Shown here piece by piece: positions 58,652-64,000 of a stretch of DNA of 64,000 bases. The position numbers were made by a program, and so were the translations under genes. The stretch spans positions 5,711 through 69,710 of the forward strand of contig JAYRMP010000003.1 of assembly GCA_041912655.1 (NCBI GenBank), in the 5' to 3' direction. The stretch is from Novosphingobium sp. (lineage in GTDB: Bacteria; Pseudomonadota; Alphaproteobacteria; Sphingomonadales; Sphingomonadaceae). The notes under the pieces are model-generated. The model worked only from the letters and a program-made list of their open reading frames with translations, did not search any database and had not been told where the DNA came from. The stretch's first letter is position 1; each line of letters starts with the position of its first letter.

Positions 58652-58772
58652 CGAATTTGCTCCCTGTCGCATTTGTAACCCGCGCGAACGCGGCCTTACC
58701 GTAACGTTTACGGGCCTGCGCCGGGGGTGTCTTGCATATTTGCGCCAATGTGGCCGGGTGCGTACCCGCGCG

Positions 58773-59624
58773 TCAGGTCAGCGGCATGTTGTCGATCAGC
58801 CGGGTCGAGCCGATCCGGGCAGCCACGAACAACCGAGGCGTTCCCCCATCGCCCGCCTCCAGCGGCACCAGTGAATCGGCATCCCGAATCTCGGCATAGT
58901 CGACTGAGGCGAAACCGCCGGAGAGCAGCCGTTCGCGCAGCGCAGCGAGCGCCGCGCCATGGCTTGCGCCCGCGCCCACTGCGGCAATTGCTTCCTGCAT
59001 CGCCCGGGGCAGGCAGCCAGCCTGGGCACGCTGCTGCGGATCGAGGAAGGCATTGCGCGATGAGAGTGCCAGCCCATCGGCCTCCCGCACGGTCGCGACG
59101 CCATGGATCGCCGACGCCGAAGGCGCCTGGAGATCGAGATCGCGGGCCATCCGCCGGATCACCGCCAGTTGCTGCCAGTCCTTCTCCCCGAAGAAGGCGA
59201 TGTCGGGCGCGACCTGGTTGAACAGCTTGCAGACCACGGTTGCGACGCCATCGAAATGCCCCGGCCGCGCCGCGCCGCACAGCCCGTCGCTGATCCCCGT
59301 CACGCCGATCGAGGTCGCGTAGCCGGCCGGGTACATGACCTCCACGCCCGGTGCCCAGAGCAGGTCGACGCCATCGCGTTCCAGCAGCGCAGAATCCGCC
59401 GCCAGCTGGCGTGGATAGCGATCGAGATCCTCGTTGGGGCCGAACTGGCGCGGGTTGACGAAGATTGAAACGACTACACTGGCCGCATGGCGGCGCGCCT
59501 CGCGCACGAGGGTCATGTGACCCTCGTGCAGCGCCCCCATGGTCGGCACCAGCGCAACCGGGCCCTTCGCCCGCAGCGCGGCAACGGCATCGCGCAGTGG
59601 ATCAAGCTGCGTCAGCGTTTGCAC
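58773..59624 (-). CDS. panC: Pantoate-beta-alanine ligase
   Basis: VPTMGALHEGH, SIFVNP.QF, RPGHFDGV, FGEKDWQQ, READGLALSSRN, RLIDN. Confidence 0.96.
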   Translation of the reverse strand: MQTLTQLDPLRDAVAALRAKGPVALVPTMGALHEGHMTLVREARRHAASVVVSIFVNPRQFGPNEDLDRYPRQLAADSALLERDGVDLLWAPGVEVMYPAGYATSIGVTGISDGLCGAARPGHFDGVATVVCKLFNQVAPDIAFFGEKDWQQLAVIRRMARDLDLQAPSASAIHGVATVREADGLALSSRNAFLDPQQRAQAGCLPRAMQEAIAAVGAGASHGAALAALRERLLSGGFASVDYAEIRDADSLVPLEAGDGGTPRLFVAARIGSTRLIDNMPLT

Positions 59625-59729
59625 AGGCAGTTCCCCTCGGATAGAATCGCGAACCAGCTGGCCCGAGCGCCAGCCCTAGCGCTGCATTGCAGCAATCAGC
59701 AACCAGCAAACGAAAGCCAGCCCGCTCCA

Positions 59730-60554
59730 GTGTCCGTGCAATCCGCTCCGCATCGCATCGTGTTCGCCAATGAAAAGGGGGGGACAGGCAAGTCCACCAC
59801 TGCCGTCCATGTCGCGATCGCGCTGGCCTATCAGGGCGCGCGTGTGGCTGCGATCGATCTCGACCCGCGCCAGCGCACGCTGCACCGCTACCTGGAAAAC
59901 CGCGCGGAAACGATGCGGCGGCGCGGCATCGTGCTGCCGAGCGCAAACTTTACGGTCTACGAGGGTGATACCAGCGACGGCCTGGACGACCTTATCGCAG
60001 AGCTGGGCGCCGACGCGGATTTCATCATCTTCGACACCCCGGGCCGCGACGATCCGCTCGCCCGGCACGTTGCCACCGCAGCCGACTCGCTGGTGACCCC
60101 GCTCAACGACAGCTTCGTCGATTTCGACCTGATCGGCCAGGTCGATGCCGAGACTTTCAAGGTCCGCCGCCTGTCATTCTATGCCGAACTGATCTGGGAA
60201 GCGCGCAAGAAGCGGGCGATGGCGACCATTCGCGAACAACGCCGCGAAATGGACTGGGTCGTGGTGCGCAACCGCACCCAGCACACCGAGGCGCGCAACA
60301 TGCGCCGCCTGGACGGCGCGCTGACCGAATTGTCGAAACGCGTCGGTTTCCGCATTGCCAGCGGCCTGTCCGAACGCGTGATCTATCGCGAACTGTTCCC
60401 CTCGGGTCTGACCCTGCTCGACAAGGGGCACCTGGGCGAGCTCGGCACCAGCCATCTCGTCGCCCGGCAGGAACTGCGCGCCCTGCTGGCCAGCCTGAAC
60501 CTGCCGATGCCTGCTGCGCGCACGGCGGAACCGCTCCCCGCCTTGCAGGGTTGA
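59730..60554 (+). CDS. mipZ: Division-plane positioning ATPase MipZ
   Basis: ANEKGGTGKST, IDLDPRQRT, DTPG, TPLNDSFVDFD, DWVVVRNR, SERVIYRELFPSGLTLLD; start GTG 59730 approximate. Confidence 0.93.
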   Translation: MSVQSAPHRIVFANEKGGTGKSTTAVHVAIALAYQGARVAAIDLDPRQRTLHRYLENRAETMRRRGIVLPSANFTVYEGDTSDGLDDLIAELGADADFIIFDTPGRDDPLARHVATAADSLVTPLNDSFVDFDLIGQVDAETFKVRRLSFYAELIWEARKKRAMATIREQRREMDWVVVRNRTQHTEARNMRRLDGALTELSKRVGFRIASGLSERVIYRELFPSGLTLLDKGHLGELGTSHLVARQELRALLASLNLPMPAARTAEPLPALQG

Positions 60555-60847
60555 CGACCGGCTTGGGCAAACTGCTTCTCATAACCGCGCTGGCCGCGCT
60601 CGCCTGCCGGGTACTCACCGGGCAGTGGCCGTGGGAAGTGTGGGCCAAATCAGAACGATCGCAGGCCGAAGCGCAGGCTCGCGCCTTGCTGGGTGTGGGC
60701 CGGTCGGCTAGGCGCGAGGATATCGTCGATGCCCACCGGCGGCTGCTCACGCGCGTCCATCCCGATCGCGGCGGCAGCAACGAGGCGGTGCACGATGCCA
60801 ACGCCGCGCGCGACCTGCTGCTCGCGCGGCTCGAAAGGACCGGATGA
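60551..60847 (+). CDS. Small membrane-anchored J-domain protein
   Basis: N-terminal TM; A..LLGV, AHRRL...[15 protein letters not shown] (HPD motif). Confidence 0.85.
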   Translation: MTTGLGKLLLITALAALACRVLTGQWPWEVWAKSERSQAEAQARALLGVGRSARREDIVDAHRRLLTRVHPDRGGSNEAVHDANAARDLLLARLERTG

Positions 60848-60851
60848 CGTG

Positions 60852-62258
60852 ATGAACAACCACCAGTTCCACCCGACCGTGCTGCGCGAATACGATATCC
60901 GCGGGATCATCGGCGAAACCCTGGGCACGGCGGACGCCTATGCGATTGGCCGCGGCTTTGCGACCCTGCTGCGCCGCGCCGGCGGTAGCCGGGTGGCGGT
61001 GGGCTATGATGGGCGCGTCAGCTCCCCGGAACTGGAAGCGGCACTGGTCGAAGGGCTCAACGCCAGCGGCGTCGATGCGGTGCGCGTTGGCATGGGCCCG
61101 ACCCCGATGCTCTACTATGCCGAAGCCTCAATAGAACAGGTGCAGGGCGGCATCCAGATAACTGGCAGCCACAATCCCGCCAACTATAATGGCTTCAAGA
61201 TGGTATTTATGGGCCGCCCGTTTTTCGGCGCGGACATCCAGGAACTGGGCCGGCTCGCCGTCGCTGGTGACTGGCTCGGCGGAGAAGGGCAGTCTGAGCA
61301 TCGGGAGATCCTCGGCGCTTATGTCGACCGACTGGTCGACGGCCTCCAGGGCATCGGGAAGGACCGCCTCTCCGCGCTGCGGATCGGCTGGGATGCCGGC
61401 AATGGGGCTGCGGGCCCCGCACTCGAACTGCTGGTCAAGAAGCTCCCCGGCGAACACCACACCCTCTTCACGCAAGTCGATGGTACATTCCCGAACCATC
61501 ATCCCGATCCCACTGAGGAGAAGAATTTGGCCGATCTGAAGGCGCTGGTCGCGGCCAAGATGCTCGATTTTGGGATAGCCTTCGACGGCGATGGCGACCG
61601 CATTGGCGCGATCGACGGCGAAGGGCGGGTGATCTGGGGCGACCAGCTGCTCATGATCTATGCCGAAGACCTCCTGAAAATGGAGCCCGGGTCCACGATT
61701 ATCGCGGATGTGAAGGCTTCACGCGCTCTATTCGACCAGGTCGAAAGGCTGGGTGGACATCCGCTTATGTGGAAGACCGGACACAGCCTCATTAAGTCCA
61801 AAATGAAGGAGCTTTCAGCTCCGCTCGCTGGCGAGATGAGCGGCCACGTGTTTTTCGCCCACCAGTACTACGGGTTCGACGACGCACTTTATGCGGCGGT
61901 TCGCCTGATTGCGGCTTCGGCGAGGCTGGGCAAGTCGGTGACCGAGCTGCGCGGCGCCATGTCGGCGCTGTGCAATACCCCGGAAATGCGCTTCCAGGTC
62001 GATGAAAGCCGCAAGTTCGCGGTGATCGAAGAAGTCGCGGCGCGGCTGCAGGCCGCCGGAGCCGACGTCAACGGGATCGACGGCGTACGGGTTTCCACCC
62101 CTGATGGCTGGTGGCTGCTGCGCGCCTCGAACACCCAGGACGTGCTCGTCGCCCGCGCCGAAAGCGAAGACCAGGCAGGACTGGATCGGCTGATTGCCCA
62201 GATCGACGAGCAGCTGGCCCTTTCGGGCCTGGAGCGCGGCCCGCAGGCGGGGCACTGA
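60852..62258 (+). CDS. pgmG: Phosphoglucomutase/phosphomannomutase
   Basis: [47 protein letters not shown]. Confidence 0.93.
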   Translation: MNNHQFHPTVLREYDIRGIIGETLGTADAYAIGRGFATLLRRAGGSRVAVGYDGRVSSPELEAALVEGLNASGVDAVRVGMGPTPMLYYAEASIEQVQGGIQITGSHNPANYNGFKMVFMGRPFFGADIQELGRLAVAGDWLGGEGQSEHREILGAYVDRLVDGLQGIGKDRLSALRIGWDAGNGAAGPALELLVKKLPGEHHTLFTQVDGTFPNHHPDPTEEKNLADLKALVAAKMLDFGIAFDGDGDRIGAIDGEGRVIWGDQLLMIYAEDLLKMEPGSTIIADVKASRALFDQVERLGGHPLMWKTGHSLIKSKMKELSAPLAGEMSGHVFFAHQYYGFDDALYAAVRLIAASARLGKSVTELRGAMSALCNTPEMRFQVDESRKFAVIEEVAARLQAAGADVNGIDGVRVSTPDGWWLLRASNTQDVLVARAESEDQAGLDRLIAQIDEQLALSGLERGPQAGH

Positions 62259-62261
62259 GCG

Positions 62262-63521
62262 TTACAGCACCAGCGGCAGGGCGGCGGCCACCGCCACAAG
62301 ACTGACCAGCATCGCCGCCGCTCCCCGCCAGGCCTTGCGGCCCGCAAGGCTGAGCGCGGTTCCGGTCTTGAACAGGGTGTTGAGCACGACCGGCAGGATC
62401 AGCACCAGCGCGGCAGTGCGGGGCGGCAGCGTACCGGCGGGCAGGTTGCCCATGGTGATGATCGCCGAATCGACGTCCACCGTGCCCGAGATCGCGAGAA
62501 CCGTGGCAAGCCCGGCATCGCCATAGGCATCCAGCACCCAGCGGGCCAGCGCCGTCAGGGCCATGGTCAGGATCATCAGCAGCAGCGCCGGCCCGATATC
62601 GAAGGGATTGCGCAGATTGAGACCCCCGGACGCAGAGAGGCTGGCAGTCGGGCGGCGGCGCAGCAGCCATGCGGCCACGGCCAGGCTGGCGAGCATGCCG
62701 GGCACGGTCAGCCGGGCCAGATCGGCAAGTGCGAAGGGTGCCAATGCGGCAGTCAGCAGGGTCACGCGCAGGTACATCACCCCACTGGCCAGCGCGATCC
62801 CGGCATTGGCGATCCCCACGCTTTCGGGTTCGTCCCGAAGCTTCCCAGCCAGCGCGGCGGTCACCGCGGTCGAGGAAACCAGCGAGCCAGCCGCCGCCGT
62901 GGCCAGCACCCCGCGCGACGGGCCGAGCCAACGCGCGGCGATATAGCCCATGAACGAGAAGCCCGAGACCAGCACCACCACCAACCACAGCTGACGCGGG
63001 CGCCAGGCGTCGTAGGGTCCGAAGGGCGTGTCGGGCAGCAGCGGCAGGATCACCAGCGCGATCAGCGCGAAGCGCGCGATCGCGGTCATCTCGCGCTCAT
63101 CGATATGGCGCAGCAGATGGTGAAGCGGGCTGCGCAGCGACAGGACCATCAGGGTCACGCCCGCGGCGACGCTCGCCAGAACAGGCTCTCCGCTGCCGGC
63201 AAGGAACCCGAAGGCGACCGTCAGCAAACCCGTCAGGCTTGCCGTTCCGCTGACCGATGCGCTCCGCTGGCTGGCACGCCAGTAGCCCATGACCACCAGC
63301 ACCGCCGCTCCCGCCAGCAGCGCGAGCGCCAGGCCCGCGGCGCGGGTCTGCAGTTCGCCCGCGATCCCTCCGGCCAGGCCAAGCAGGCCATAGGTGCGGA
63401 TGCCGGCAAAGCGGCTGCCCGGCTGCTCGCCGCGCAGCACCCAGCCGCGCTGGAGCCCGATCAGCAGCCCCAGCGCCAGTGCCAGGCCCACGCCGCTCAG
63501 TTCTGGCCATTGGTCGAACAT
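62262..63521 (-). CDS. MgtC/SapB family protein with DUF4010 domain
   Basis: LGLLIGLQRGW, AGIRTY, ILPLLPD..FGPY, WLVVVLVSG.SF.GY, LVSSTAVT, NPF, SG.VDVD. Confidence 0.85.
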   Translation of the reverse strand: MFDQWPELSGVGLALALGLLIGLQRGWVLRGEQPGSRFAGIRTYGLLGLAGGIAGELQTRAAGLALALLAGAAVLVVMGYWRASQRSASVSGTASLTGLLTVAFGFLAGSGEPVLASVAAGVTLMVLSLRSPLHHLLRHIDEREMTAIARFALIALVILPLLPDTPFGPYDAWRPRQLWLVVVLVSGFSFMGYIAARWLGPSRGVLATAAAGSLVSSTAVTAALAGKLRDEPESVGIANAGIALASGVMYLRVTLLTAALAPFALADLARLTVPGMLASLAVAAWLLRRRPTASLSASGGLNLRNPFDIGPALLLMILTMALTALARWVLDAYGDAGLATVLAISGTVDVDSAIITMGNLPAGTLPPRTAALVLILPVVLNTLFKTGTALSLAGRKAWRGAAAMLVSLVAVAAALPLVL

Positions 63522-63644
63522 CCCATGCTGATGGCAGGCGCGCGCCACGCGGGCAAGGTGCGCCGGTTCGCCATGCCTGGGCTTGTCTGGCAAAATCGGG
63601 GACGAGCCTTTGCCAGCGGGCGGCACGCTCCCTAGATTGATGTG

Positions 63645-64000
63645 GTGAGCAGCGCCACTCTTCCGCCGGAACTTGCCAGCTGGTTTGGCGCGCGGGGCTG
63701 GGCCGTGCGGCGCCACCAGGCGGAAATGCTGGACGTTGCGGCCAGCGGACGCCACGCGCTGCTGGTGGCGGATACCGGCGCGGGCAAGACCCTGGGCGGG
63801 TTCCTGCCGACGCTCGCCGACTTCTGTCCTTCGGTGCTGGGCGGGGTCTCCCCGCCCGAGGGTCTTCACACGCTTTACGTCTCCCCGCTCAAGGCGCTCG
63901 CGCACGATGTCCGCCGCAACCTGCTGACCCCGGTGGAAGAGCTTGACCTGCCCATCCGGGTGGAAACGCGCAGCGGCGATACCCCGTCCGACCGCAAGGC
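63645..64000 (+). CDS. Ligase-associated DNA damage response DEXH-box (Lhr-like) helicase, 5' part
   Basis: Open frame from GTG 63645 to the window end: WF..RGW..RRHQ, LLVADTGAGKTL.GFLP, LHTLYVSPLKALAHDV.RNL..P, ETRSGDTP. Confidence 0.88.
   Translation, partial: MSSATLPPELASWFGARGWAVRRHQAEMLDVAASGRHALLVADTGAGKTLGGFLPTLADFCPSVLGGVSPPEGLHTLYVSPLKALAHDVRRNLLTPVEELDLPIRVETRSGDTPSDRK

Noticed and set aside
63673-63927. 84-aa ORF suggesting a frameshifted helicase
   Set aside because: The helicase frame from 63645 is open to the window end; the short ORF is an overlapping frame
1-64000. CRISPR arrays, transposases, integrases, prophage or defence genes, riboswitches
   Set aside because: No regularly spaced direct repeats or recognisable motifs were seen; a covariance-model scan would be needed to exclude structured RNAs formally

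Overview
High-GC alphaproteobacterial chromosome segment. Gene content and order (sciP-mnmA, panC/mipZ-J-domain-pgmG, petABC, stand-alone sucC) suggest a sphingomonad such as Novosphingobium; this is inference. Most of the window is core housekeeping: GDP-fucose genes, RND efflux, etfBA, sucC, a long gpmA-purE-purK-folA-dipeptidase-ribF-GDPD-ileS-lspA run, pepN-pgeF, petABC, panC, mipZ, pgmG and the start of an Lhr-like helicase. An accessory block of about 13 kb follows tRNA-Thr(GGT) and has no integrase. It holds (i) a FadR / MFS / acyl-CoA ligase / TonB-receptor / thiolase module with a perfect 17-bp inverted-repeat operator and (ii) a LysR divergent from dabB-dabA-sbtB-like genes, i.e. a DAB/MpsAB-type inorganic-carbon pump with its own PII-like regulator and no RuBisCO or carboxysome genes in view. 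Other points: an apparently split serine hydrolase whose two parts are head-to-head, a GDPD lacking catalytic residues, a low-GC in-frame segment in the IleRS editing domain, extra TM helices in the RND pump, an uncalled 42-aa membrane protein, a LiuR-type box upstream of etfBA, and a CGTC-type palindromic repeat. No CRISPR array, transposase, integrase or rRNA was seen. All calls come from motif recognition by eye; no database searches were run.
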